Origin: Bacteroidales bacterium UBA3834
GTDB lineage: Bacteria; Bacteroidota; Bacteroidia; Bacteroidales; P3
Reading direction: 5' to 3'
NCBI GenBank assembly: GCA_002392965.1
Contig: DGIA01000010.1
Location: forward strand, 65,722 to 129,721
DNA length: 64,000 nt
A program made the position numbers and the translations under genes. A model generated the notes under the pieces. The model was given only the letters and a program-made list of their open reading frames with translations. It made no database searches and had not been told where the DNA came from. Shown here piece after piece: positions 46,074-55,229 of this stretch (positions within the stretch are counted from its first letter, which is position 1; each line of letters starts with the position of its first letter).

Positions 46074-48464
46074 ATGTTGGTGCATAGGGGGGCGGCTTTG
46101 GGGCTAATGGTCTTGGTTTGTGTTTTCTCCAGCCAGGCCCAGCCGTGGAGATCCCGTGCCAATGTCGCCGCCTATTATGATGAATCCGCCGTTGAAAAGA
46201 GTGGATACAGGAAATCACCCTATTTCCAAGAATTGACAGACCGATGGCAGCAGCAGCCAACAGACTCTTCCTTGATTTACATACGTCAGTTGGATGCCGA
46301 TAAGACATGGAAATACTACCATGTCTTTCTTAATGTTCGCTGTGGACATGCTGTGCGGGTACTGCTGAACGGGAAAGAAATAGGCTATGGCACCGACTCC
46401 CGTCATTGGAATGAATTCCTTCTGGATCAGTACTTGAAATATGGCAAGCCCAACGAACTCACTATTGAAGCCTTGAAAAAGCCGCGAAGTGCTTTGTTGG
46501 AGGACACATCTCTTTCAGTCGGGTTGAACGGCGAGCCTTTTCTGCTTTTCAAGAACGATCCCAATATTTCTGATTTTACCATCCAGACGGATTACAATTC
46601 TACTACTACTGAAGGTGTTTTTACTCTTTCTGCCAATGTTTTTTGTGGTCGGAAGAAAGGAAAATACTATGTCGAGGTTCTCCTTTGGGATGCCAAAGGC
46701 CATGAATTCGACCGCATGGGGCGATGGGTGGTCTTCAAAGGGAAGGATGAGGAAGTCTTGGAAATCAGCCGTTCATGGGCGGGTGTGGAACCATGGACAG
46801 CAGATACTCCGGTGCTCTACACTGCTGTCATCCGTCTTCGCAACGAGAAAATGGAAGAAGAAGAACTTGTTGGTGCCCGTTTTGGTTTCCGGCGAGTCGA
46901 AGTGAAGGACGGATTGCTTCAGGTCAACGGAACGCCAGTCATGCTCAAGGGGGTTACATACGGTATTGAACATACCGAGGGCATGGCTTCAAGGGAACGA
47001 ATGCAGCGTGATGTCATTGAAATGAAGAATCATAATGTCAATGCCGTCCATACCGCCCGTTTCTCACCTATGGATCCTTGGTTCTATGAACTTTGCGATA
47101 GCTACGGTCTCTATGTTATCTGCGATGCCAATCTCTTGCCCTTGTCAGAACGGCACCATGCCGTCGCCACCGATCGCGATTTTATTCCCCTCTTCGAACA
47201 GCAGGTAGAACACCTCTATGGAAAATACAAAAACCACACCAGCATTATTGCCTGGTCGTTAGGTAATTCGCTCGACAACGGTGTGTGTATGAATGCAGCC
47301 TACAGGCACTTGAAAACCATTGACAAAACTCGTCCTGTCATCTTTTCCGGTGCAGGTCATTCTGAATCAACCGATGTTATCGCCCTGCGCTATCCCGACC
47401 TCCGTAGCCTTCAGCAATCGCTTTCCAATCCTGGTACCCGTCCGTTATTGATGCTCTCTTCCGTCGATTCGGCTCGATTTTCCCGTTTGAGTGCTCTTTG
47501 GCAAATGGTTATAGACCGCTACCAACTGCAAGGCGGATTTGTCGATTCATGGCCGTTATCTACAGAACAATGGTCTGTGTTACACCAACTCTATAGCCCC
47601 TTTGAGGTTCGTAAATCTAAGATTTCCAACGATGAAGCTGAATTTATCGTCACCAATCGTTGCGATTTTTCCAGTCTCAGTCGCTATTCGTTGGAATACA
47701 ATATCTTCACCACCCATAACCCCGCTGTTGCGGGTGGCGATCTTCCTCTTGCGCTCTCCCCTGGAGAAAGCGACAAAATCACCCTTCGAATCCCGCCTTT
47801 CACCTTGCAACCCGATGAAGAGGTTTATGTTCGTTTTTCCCTAAATCATCGTCTTAAACCTGGTGAGATTGCCAAACCCCGTGAGGCTGGTAGCCGCCTG
47901 TTCAAGCTTTCTCCTGAGAAAACCCAAGACCCTGTTCTTGCCGATACGGTCGCGGACACACTGCACCCAGCACACGTCGCTCCTCGTGCATCCCGGAACA
48001 CAGCCATCCGTTCCATCTCGCTTTCACGCAAACCCAACACACCATACAACATTGGTGCCGACACGATACTCTTTGACGGCAGTAAAGGTGTCATTGACGA
48101 CCTTTCGCATGGTTGGCTCGGTTTTTCCGGCAATCCGCCATCCTTCCATGTTACCCTTGCAGACACGCTCAATGTCAGCAAGCTAACCCTTCGATTTGCA
48201 CATACTCCGCTCTCCTGGGCCTTTGCACCAGTGAGCGTTTCTATAGTTCTCCCCACCGACACCATCAACTTCAAGACTCCGTTTGATCCGGCACTTGAGC
48301 AGGAGAACGAACCTCGTGTGGCCGAACTGCAGATTCCCATAGAGAAAAGTGGTATCACCCACTTCGAAATCATCCCTCACTCATTCCCTGCCATACCCGA
48401 ATGGCACCATGCCAAAGGTCTCAAGCCTTGGCTTCTCATCGATGAAATAGAGATAAGCGAATAG
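46074..48464 (+). CDS. GH2 (LacZ-like) family protein lacking both catalytic glutamates, likely a non-catalytic pseudoenzyme
   Basis: Signal peptide and the GH2 sugar-binding/Ig/TIM layout. NHTSIIAWSLGNS aligns with LacZ NHPSVIIWSLGNE. TRPLLMLSSVDSA aligns with LacZ TRPLILCEYAHA. LQGGFVDSW aligns with LQGGFVWDW. Confidence 0.8.
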   Translation: MLVHRGAALGLMVLVCVFSSQAQPWRSRANVAAYYDESAVEKSGYRKSPYFQELTDRWQQQPTDSSLIYIRQLDADKTWKYYHVFLNVRCGHAVRVLLNGKEIGYGTDSRHWNEFLLDQYLKYGKPNELTIEALKKPRSALLEDTSLSVGLNGEPFLLFKNDPNISDFTIQTDYNSTTTEGVFTLSANVFCGRKKGKYYVEVLLWDAKGHEFDRMGRWVVFKGKDEEVLEISRSWAGVEPWTADTPVLYTAVIRLRNEKMEEEELVGARFGFRRVEVKDGLLQVNGTPVMLKGVTYGIEHTEGMASRERMQRDVIEMKNHNVNAVHTARFSPMDPWFYELCDSYGLYVICDANLLPLSERHHAVATDRDFIPLFEQQVEHLYGKYKNHTSIIAWSLGNSLDNGVCMNAAYRHLKTIDKTRPVIFSGAGHSESTDVIALRYPDLRSLQQSLSNPGTRPLLMLSSVDSARFSRLSALWQMVIDRYQLQGGFVDSWPLSTEQWSVLHQLYSPFEVRKSKISNDEAEFIVTNRCDFSSLSRYSLEYNIFTTHNPAVAGGDLPLALSPGESDKITLRIPPFTLQPDEEVYVRFSLNHRLKPGEIAKPREAGSRLFKLSPEKTQDPVLADTVADTLHPAHVAPRASRNTAIRSISLSRKPNTPYNIGADTILFDGSKGVIDDLSHGWLGFSGNPPSFHVTLADTLNVSKLTLRFAHTPLSWAFAPVSVSIVLPTDTINFKTPFDPALEQENEPRVAELQIPIEKSGITHFEIIPHSFPAIPEWHHAKGLKPWLLIDEIEISE

Positions 48465-48466
48465 TA

Positions 48467-49459
48467 ATGAAAAAGATAATTTCAATTTTCAATTTCCAAT
48501 TCTTCATTCTTGCGGTAGGTCTGCTGCTTACCTCCTGTGAGGTTGATTTCTCCCCCAATGCCGCTTGGAAGGAGGTTCCCGTTGTTCATTGCCTGCTCGA
48601 TCAAGACGACGACACCACATGGGTCCGTGTTGAGAAATGCTTCCTCGGTGAAGGCAATATCTATACCTATGGTGCCGTCAGCGATTCGATTAACTACCCG
48701 AAGGATTCTATTATTGTCCGCTTGTTGGCTTTCGATTATTGGGGACGTTGCGATACCATTCCTTTTACTTACACCATTACCTCGCGTCGTGATGGACAGT
48801 TCGCGTCAGTCAACCAGCCTCTTTATTATTCTACCGAGAGTCTAGACGGCAACAAGAGCTACCAGCTCGAAGTCCTCCATGCCTCCTCGGGGCGCATTAT
48901 CGCCTCCACCGATCGAGTACCCCTCATTCGTCAAACTGCCGAAAAACTCATCCGCGAACCTTCCAACAACGACATCTTCCGATTTGTCGGACGTTATGGA
49001 TGCCACATGGTGTGGGACGTGATGGAAAACGCCCGTCTCTACCAGCCTCTTGTGCGCTTCTATTATGCCGAGAATGGAGACACCCTCCACGTGGATCTCA
49101 AGTGCGCCTCCATTCCCTCGGGCAACGGCTCCAGCATCCTCTCCTGCAACTACTCCCGCGACGCCTTCCTCAGCGAACTCTACACCCAGCTCAAGGACGA
49201 CCCCAACCCCAAGCAATACCTCAAGACCGTCGATATCTTTATTACTGCCTGCGACGAGAATCTTAACACCTACCTCACCTCCTTGTCCTCTTCATCCGAC
49301 AATGGACGTGAGGCATACTCCAACATCCACGGAGGAGTGGGCATTTTTGCCGCCCGTCGCACCCATCTCTACCGTAACTATCGCGCCGACTCCAGTATTA
49401 TCTCCGGCAGCGGTTATGGTTTGGTCTATTACCTCGACTCCCTCGACATCGGTTTTTAA
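48467..49459 (+). CDS. Lipoprotein, DUF4249-like
   Basis: Lipobox LLLTSC. The overall pattern and the C-terminal NIHGGVGIFAA block resemble DUF4249 (from memory). Lies 2 nt after the GH2-like gene. Confidence 0.55.
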   Translation: MKKIISIFNFQFFILAVGLLLTSCEVDFSPNAAWKEVPVVHCLLDQDDDTTWVRVEKCFLGEGNIYTYGAVSDSINYPKDSIIVRLLAFDYWGRCDTIPFTYTITSRRDGQFASVNQPLYYSTESLDGNKSYQLEVLHASSGRIIASTDRVPLIRQTAEKLIREPSNNDIFRFVGRYGCHMVWDVMENARLYQPLVRFYYAENGDTLHVDLKCASIPSGNGSSILSCNYSRDAFLSELYTQLKDDPNPKQYLKTVDIFITACDENLNTYLTSLSSSSDNGREAYSNIHGGVGIFAARRTHLYRNYRADSSIISGSGYGLVYYLDSLDIGF

Positions 49460-49613
49460 ACAGATGTCCGTAACATTCTCCTCTGTCTCTTTTTCGTCTT
49501 TCCAATGTCTCAACACCACCAAGTGGTGGTGCTGATGTGGTTTTGATGTCTCCCCACTGAATCGATTACCCTCTGATATTGTGTATTTTTTCTTGTCATA
49601 TAAAAAAAATGTG

Positions 49614-49621
49614 TATCTTTG
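49614..49621 (+). promoter_or_regulatory. -7 box (TATCTTTG) upstream of tig
   Basis: Exact match 52 nt upstream of ATG 49674. Confidence 0.55.
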
Positions 49622-49673
49622 CATTTTATAATAAAAATAAAGATAATTAAAAATCAATAAAATACATTAACCA

Positions 49674-51029
49674 ATGAACATCTCAAGAGAGAATTTAAGC
49701 GAACTGGAACTCCGTATCAAGGTTGATATCGAGGAAAAAGACTACAATGAAAACGTAACCAAACAGCTGAAAGACTATCAAAAGAAGGCTACCGTCCCCG
49801 GCTTCCGCAAAGGCATGGCCCCGATGGGACTCATCCAGCGCATGTACAAGGCCGCCATCGTGAGCGACGCTGTGCAGAATGAGATCAACAGCAGCCTTTT
49901 CAAATACATTGATGACGAGAAACTACACATCCTCGGCATGCCTATGTCGAATGACGAGATGACCGGCGAGGTGGATTTCGCCAAGCAGCAGTCGTTTACT
50001 TTCTATTTCGATGTTGCCGTTGCCCCCGAGTTTGAAATCGACTGGAGCAAGGTGAATGTGGTGTATAACCAGATCAAGGTGACCTCCAAGGAGGTGGAAG
50101 CCGAGATAGAGAACGTGACCAACCGCTACGGCAAGTTCGAGACCCCCGAGACTGTGGGTAAGGGCGACATCATGTACGGCAAGCTCGTCGAGCTCGACAA
50201 GAAGGGCAATGTGAAAGAGGGTGGTGTGGATACCTTCGTGAGCCTCAACCTGCTCAACCTCAAGGACGAGGCTCTGCTGCCTCTGTTCGAGGGCAAGAAG
50301 GCCGAGGAGAAGATTGTCTTCAACCTCTACAAGGCTTTCCCCGTGGCCGACATCGAGCGCGCCCTGCACATCGACACCGACGCCGCCAAGAAGTTTAAAT
50401 CCGACGTGGAGCTGACCCTCAGCGGCATCTCCCGCATCATCCCCCACGACATCGACGAGGACCTCTTCAAGAAGGTGTTCCCCGACCAGAAAATCAAAGA
50501 TGCCGACGCCTTCACCAAGGCCATGAAGAAGGAGTTCGAGAAGGCCAATGCCGAGCAGAGCGACTTCCTGTTTGTGAACCAGGTGCGCAAGGCCCTCGTC
50601 GAGAACTTCGACAAACCCCTGCCCGAGAACTTCCTCAAACGTTGGTTCGCCAGCCGTGGTGAGAAAGATATGACCCCCGAGAGCATCGAGGCCGACTGGA
50701 CGGAGAAATACCTGCCTTCGCTGAAGTGGGAACTCATCGAGAGTAAGCTCGAGGCCATCCAGCCCGTCGAGCCCACCAACAACCAGATAGTCGATTACAT
50801 CAAGGACATCCTGCGCCGCAACGACAACAAGGCCGAGGGTGAAACCAAGGAGCAAACCGAGGATCGCCTCGAGAAGGCCGCCCGCAGCATCGCCGCCGAC
50901 CGCAAGAACGTGCAGCAGCTCATCGACCGCCTCTATGCCGAAAACCTTGCCAAGCTCTTCAAAGACCAGCTCAAACCCACCGTTGAGAAGGTCTCTGCCA
51001 AAGAGTTTGCCGAGCGTGCTCAAAATTAA
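49674..51029 (+). CDS. tig: Trigger factor
   Basis: 451 aa. N-terminal ribosome-binding region with VPGFRKGMAP (the GFRxGxxP signature). Acidic, lysine-rich, Tig-like composition. Confidence 0.9.
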   Translation: MNISRENLSELELRIKVDIEEKDYNENVTKQLKDYQKKATVPGFRKGMAPMGLIQRMYKAAIVSDAVQNEINSSLFKYIDDEKLHILGMPMSNDEMTGEVDFAKQQSFTFYFDVAVAPEFEIDWSKVNVVYNQIKVTSKEVEAEIENVTNRYGKFETPETVGKGDIMYGKLVELDKKGNVKEGGVDTFVSLNLLNLKDEALLPLFEGKKAEEKIVFNLYKAFPVADIERALHIDTDAAKKFKSDVELTLSGISRIIPHDIDEDLFKKVFPDQKIKDADAFTKAMKKEFEKANAEQSDFLFVNQVRKALVENFDKPLPENFLKRWFASRGEKDMTPESIEADWTEKYLPSLKWELIESKLEAIQPVEPTNNQIVDYIKDILRRNDNKAEGETKEQTEDRLEKAARSIAADRKNVQQLIDRLYAENLAKLFKDQLKPTVEKVSAKEFAERAQN

Positions 51030-51032
51030 ACC

Positions 51033-52244
51033 ATGAAAAAGATATTATTGCCCATTTTGCTTGCCTGCTGCTGTGTGACGGCTCAGGCTCAGGAAAACGA
51101 CGGTCTCGTCTATCCGAACACTTTCTATGCTTCGTTCGGTGTGGGAGGATTCTCCTATGCCCATTCGTCGGAAAGCGCCTTTGGTGCCCCGTCGGCCAAC
51201 CTCACCGCTGGTGTGTGGCTTACGGCGCCGATGGCGTTCCAGATTTCCCTCGACGGAGTGATGGGCAATAATGCGGCCGGCAAGAGCTCTCTGTTCATGT
51301 TTGCCGACGCCGAATTCAAGTGGGATGCCAACTCCACCCTGTTCCATGTCTATAACAAAAACTACCTCAAGCCCATTCCGTTCTATCCTCTGATTGGCAT
51401 GGGTTGTGTGTGGCTCAAGGACATGGCTTCGGGTGCTGCCACTCGTGACAACTCCTTCTCCATGATGCTGGGATTACAGGCCCCCCTGCGCATTTCGGGC
51501 ATGATGGATGCGGTGTTGCAGTACAAGTGCTTCTTCCTGACCCAGGGTTTCGATGGGTCAGCGGGTGACAACTATATGCACACTGTCGGCGTGGGACTGC
51601 AGTTCCGTCAGGCCGACGACCCCTACCACCGTCGCACAGAGCGCTACACTCGCGGATTGGCTGAAGACTGGTTCTTCGGTCTCGGTCTCGGCCCCAACTA
51701 TTCGGCTTTCGACCTCTTCAGTAACCCTTATTCCGGAGGCTTGTCCATGATTGGATTGGCTCCTGAATTCATGATGGGACGCAATTTCAGCAATTTCTGG
51801 ACCATCCGTGTCATGTTGGGAGGCTTGACCGCCCACGAACAGTACGACACTTTGACGAAGGAGCCCGGCGACGCATACCGTTTTGCATTCCTGCACAGCG
51901 ACTTGATGATTAACATCAGCACTCTGGTTACCAAGGGCAGGGGAGTCAATCTCAATGTGATGCCCTATCTGGGTGCCGGTCCCGTCTGGCGTTTCGACAA
52001 CGCCATCTACGATGTCGCCGCCAATGTGGGTGTCATGCTCCGCTACTATCTGAGTCAGAAGAGCGACCTCTACCTCGATTGTCGTTATGTGGTGGTTCCG
52101 CCCCATATTGGTGGCGGTACGGCCCCCTCGGGCAATTTCTACAGTGTCGGTCTGCCCAGCCTGACAGCGGGTTACATCTTCAATTTCGGGCACAATACCA
52201 CCCGCTACCGTATGCCTCTCAACAAGTGCGCGGCGAGCCTGTAA
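51033..52244 (+). CDS. Predicted outer-membrane beta-barrel protein, function unknown
   Basis: Signal peptide MKKILLPILLACCCVTAQAQ. Gly/aromatic-rich strand pattern. 403 aa. Confidence 0.55.
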   Translation: MKKILLPILLACCCVTAQAQENDGLVYPNTFYASFGVGGFSYAHSSESAFGAPSANLTAGVWLTAPMAFQISLDGVMGNNAAGKSSLFMFADAEFKWDANSTLFHVYNKNYLKPIPFYPLIGMGCVWLKDMASGAATRDNSFSMMLGLQAPLRISGMMDAVLQYKCFFLTQGFDGSAGDNYMHTVGVGLQFRQADDPYHRRTERYTRGLAEDWFFGLGLGPNYSAFDLFSNPYSGGLSMIGLAPEFMMGRNFSNFWTIRVMLGGLTAHEQYDTLTKEPGDAYRFAFLHSDLMINISTLVTKGRGVNLNVMPYLGAGPVWRFDNAIYDVAANVGVMLRYYLSQKSDLYLDCRYVVVPPHIGGGTAPSGNFYSVGLPSLTAGYIFNFGHNTTRYRMPLNKCAASL

Positions 52245-53409
52245 GCGCTTGCTCTATACGACACAGGCAGTCGGTCAGGACGGCACGTGGACAGCCGAGA
52301 TTCATACGGAAACAACCCCGATATTGTTCACCTCCAAAAGTGGTCCCATCGTTTAGGGCCACTTTTGCTTTGTTGATGAGCAGCTCTTTCAGTTGCTCGT
52401 GCGAGAGACCGTAGTTGTTGAAATCGAGCCAGGCGAGGTAGGAGGCCTCGGGGAGGACAGCCTTCACCTTCGGCATCCGGGTCGATAGGAATTCGTCCAG
52501 CGTCTGAACGTTCTCGTTCAGGTATTCCAGCATCTGCCGCAGCCACTCGTCACCCTCTTTGAAGGCGGCTTCGGCGGCGGTGAAGGCGAAGATGTTGCCT
52601 CCTGCCACACCCAGGGCGTCGAGCCAGCCGAAGAAGCGCTTCCGGAGGTCGGGGTTGGCAATATGGCACACCGAGCTGCCGAGGCCGGCAATGTTGAAAG
52701 TCTTGCTGGGGGCCATGAAGGTGATGGCGGGTCCTCCCGCAGAGGAATTGTCGCTGACGGTGCTGTAACTTACATGCTGGTGTCCTGGGAGGGTGAGGTC
52801 GGCATGGATTTCGTCACTGATGACCAACACATTGTGGCGCTCGCAAATCTCTGCTATGCGCTGCAGCACCTCCTTGCCCCACACCGTGCCGGCCGGGTTG
52901 TGTGGGTTGCTCATTATGAATACCTTGCAGCCGTCGGCCTTGCGTTCAAAATCGTCGAAATCAATAGCAAAGCGACCATCCTCTATCTTCAAGGGACTGC
53001 ACACCAGCGTCCTTCCACTATCCTTCGGCAGGTTGAGGAAAGGAGGATAGACGGGCGTGGTTACCAGCACCTTGTCTCCCGGTTGCGTCAGGCAGAGCAG
53101 GGCATAGGCGATACCCGCCACGATGCCCGGGATAAAATGAAGACTCTCTTTGGTGGTATTGATGCGGTAATGCTTCTGCAGCCATGCGGTCACCGCCTGC
53201 CAATAGGAGTCGGAAGGCATGGTGTAGCCCAATACCTCGTGGTCGCATCGGCGGCGGATGGCTTCCATCACAAAGTCGGGCGAACGGAAGTCCATATCGG
53301 CCACCCACATGGGTGTCAGGTCGTCACGCCCATACATCGCCGGCAGGGCATCCCACTTGAAGCAGTCGGTGCCTCTGCGCTCAATTATCTCGTCGAAATT
53401 GTATTTCAT
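52219..53409 (-). CDS. PLP-dependent cystathionine beta-lyase / C-S lyase (MalY/PatB family)
   Basis: Aminotransferase class I/II fold. MalY/PatB-like blocks: KW...YG.DDL.PMWVADMDF, SNPHNPAG.VW, ISDEIH.DL. PLP Lys context in MAPSKTFN. Confidence 0.88.
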   Translation of the reverse strand: MKYNFDEIIERRGTDCFKWDALPAMYGRDDLTPMWVADMDFRSPDFVMEAIRRRCDHEVLGYTMPSDSYWQAVTAWLQKHYRINTTKESLHFIPGIVAGIAYALLCLTQPGDKVLVTTPVYPPFLNLPKDSGRTLVCSPLKIEDGRFAIDFDDFERKADGCKVFIMSNPHNPAGTVWGKEVLQRIAEICERHNVLVISDEIHADLTLPGHQHVSYSTVSDNSSAGGPAITFMAPSKTFNIAGLGSSVCHIANPDLRKRFFGWLDALGVAGGNIFAFTAAEAAFKEGDEWLRQMLEYLNENVQTLDEFLSTRMPKVKAVLPEASYLAWLDFNNYGLSHEQLKELLINKAKVALNDGTTFGGEQYRGCFRMNLGCPRAVLTDCLCRIEQALTGSPRTC

Positions 53410-53441
53410 ATTACAAACTCATAATTCATAACCCATAACTC

Positions 53442-53909
53442 CTAATATTTTTTAGGGTTCATCTGGTTATATTCGTCGAAAAGATGCAGGCATTCCTCGC
53501 GGTCCATCTCCGTGAGCAGATCCCCCAGTCGGTCGCGGCCTCCAAAGAGGCCGTCGAAATGTTCGTCGCGGAAACCAATGCGGGCATTGTCGGCGATGCT
53601 GCAACCGTAATACACCCTGCTGATGTTGGCCCAAAGAATGGCGCAGAGGCACATGTGGCAGGGCTCGCCGGTGGTGTAAAGCGTGCACCCTGCAAGGTCG
53701 TGGGTGCCCAATGCTTCGCCGGCCTGTCGTATGGCCATGATCTCGCCGTGGGCGGTGGCGTCGTGGTCCTTCAGCACGCGGTTGTGGGCTTTGGCCAGCA
53801 CCACGCCGTTCTTCACGATGACACAGCCGAACGGGCCGCCGTGCCCTTGCCTGATGCCTTCGCGAGCCTCCGCGATGGCCATCTGCATATATTCGTGGTG
53901 TTTTCCCAT
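53442..53909 (-). CDS. CDA-fold nucleoside/nucleobase deaminase (guanine deaminase or TadA-like)
   Basis: 155 aa. Zinc motifs HGEIMAI and PCHMCLCAI. Confidence 0.88.
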   Translation of the reverse strand: MGKHHEYMQMAIAEAREGIRQGHGGPFGCVIVKNGVVLAKAHNRVLKDHDATAHGEIMAIRQAGEALGTHDLAGCTLYTTGEPCHMCLCAILWANISRVYYGCSIADNARIGFRDEHFDGLFGGRDRLGDLLTEMDREECLHLFDEYNQMNPKKY

Positions 53910-53911
53910 CG

Positions 53912-54832
53912 TCAGTCGAGTTCTACGGCCGGCCAGCCGTAATCCTGGTAGTAGTGGACATTCAGGGCGTTCTTTTTGACATACTCCTGCAGCTGTCCTT
54001 TGCGGACGGCCTCGCGCAGCTGCTCGCTGGAATGGATATTCTCATAGATGTCGAAGTAGCTGCCGAAGATACGCTTGGCACTGGCCGTGTTGCCGGCACC
54101 ATCTACCGTCTGCTCGAATCCGGTAACAGTGTATTTCCCCTCCTCTTTGCTCATGGTCATCACGCCGCTGTGGTTGCCGCCGGAGACACACTTCAGCGTG
54201 TCGTCCGCCACGTTGTACCACATCACCCAGAAGTCGCCCATAAAGAGTTCCTCCTCCTCGTGCACCATCATCAGCACAGGGATACAAAGTTCGCCTTTCT
54301 GGTACTGACCGCCGATTTCACGCACCAGATAGTCGCTGATGGCCTCGCGCACGGCCTGCTCCTCGCGGTTGATGGCTATGTGGCGGATGCAGTCGGCCTT
54401 GTGTCCGTCGAAGTCGGCAATCAGCCATTTTCCGCCCACCTTCTCCATCGCCAGCTTGTGCTCCTCTACGTCGGATGTGGGATCGAACGAGCCGTCCTCC
54501 CATTTCTGACGAACGCTTATGGTGGCTGTGGCGTGGGACTTGTCGGTCAATTCGATACCGACAACGTCGAAGTCGGCTATGGTGCCGCCGTTGCCGGTGA
54601 CAAAGTAATAGAGCCATTCATGATCCATGGCCTCGAACTCCGGCAGGCGGTTGAACATCGTGTCGAGCACATTGTAGAAGTCCTCTGTCATATAGTCCTT
54701 AGAAGCCTCCTGCAACTCGTGGTCGGGGATATACCGGCATAGCTCCGCTGCACGTTTTTTCAGTTGCTCTTCATTGTTCGCACATGCCGCCAGCAACAAG
54801 GCGGAAAGGATGATTGTGAGTGCTTTTTTCAT
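53912..54832 (-). CDS. Lipoprotein, function unknown
   Basis: Start set at ATG 54832 (MKKALTIILSALLLAAC lipobox). The track's 35-aa extension lacks signal features. Confidence 0.55.
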   Translation of the reverse strand: MKKALTIILSALLLAACANNEEQLKKRAAELCRYIPDHELQEASKDYMTEDFYNVLDTMFNRLPEFEAMDHEWLYYFVTGNGGTIADFDVVGIELTDKSHATATISVRQKWEDGSFDPTSDVEEHKLAMEKVGGKWLIADFDGHKADCIRHIAINREEQAVREAISDYLVREIGGQYQKGELCIPVLMMVHEEEELFMGDFWVMWYNVADDTLKCVSGGNHSGVMTMSKEEGKYTVTGFEQTVDGAGNTASAKRIFGSYFDIYENIHSSEQLREAVRKGQLQEYVKKNALNVHYYQDYGWPAVELD

Positions 54833-54858
54833 TGTTATATGAGTTTTATACGTGATTG

Positions 54859-55143
54859 TCAGTTTATCGGGCAGCTCAGCGGACTCGTCAGCTCGCATCC
54901 CCTGTTCCGCGCCAGCCAGAGGGCTGCATACGAGCATGTGGCCTCCACGCGGCCTCCGCGACGTTCTATCTCCTCCACAGCCCTTCGCACCAGCTCCGAG
55001 GCCACACCCTGTCCTCGCAGACGGTCATCCACATACGTGTGGTTGATGACAAATACGCCCTCGCGCTCGGGAAAAGTCACTTCCCCCACCTCCTCGCCAT
55101 CCACGACGGCGGCTATCCGGTTCTTATAAGTGATATATTCCAT
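54859..55143 (-). CDS. Small GNAT-family N-acetyltransferase (YjdJ-like)
   Basis: 94 aa. Acetyl-CoA-binding block RLRGQGVASELVRRAVE and a C-terminal CSY. Confidence 0.75.
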   Translation of the reverse strand: MEYITYKNRIAAVVDGEEVGEVTFPEREGVFVINHTYVDDRLRGQGVASELVRRAVEEIERRGGRVEATCSYAALWLARNRGCELTSPLSCPIN

Positions 55144-55229
55144 TAAATTGAAAATTGAGAAATCAACTCCAAAAAAGTTATGACTTTTTGGAAATTGATT
55201 CCAGAAAAGTCATATTTTTCGACACTAAA

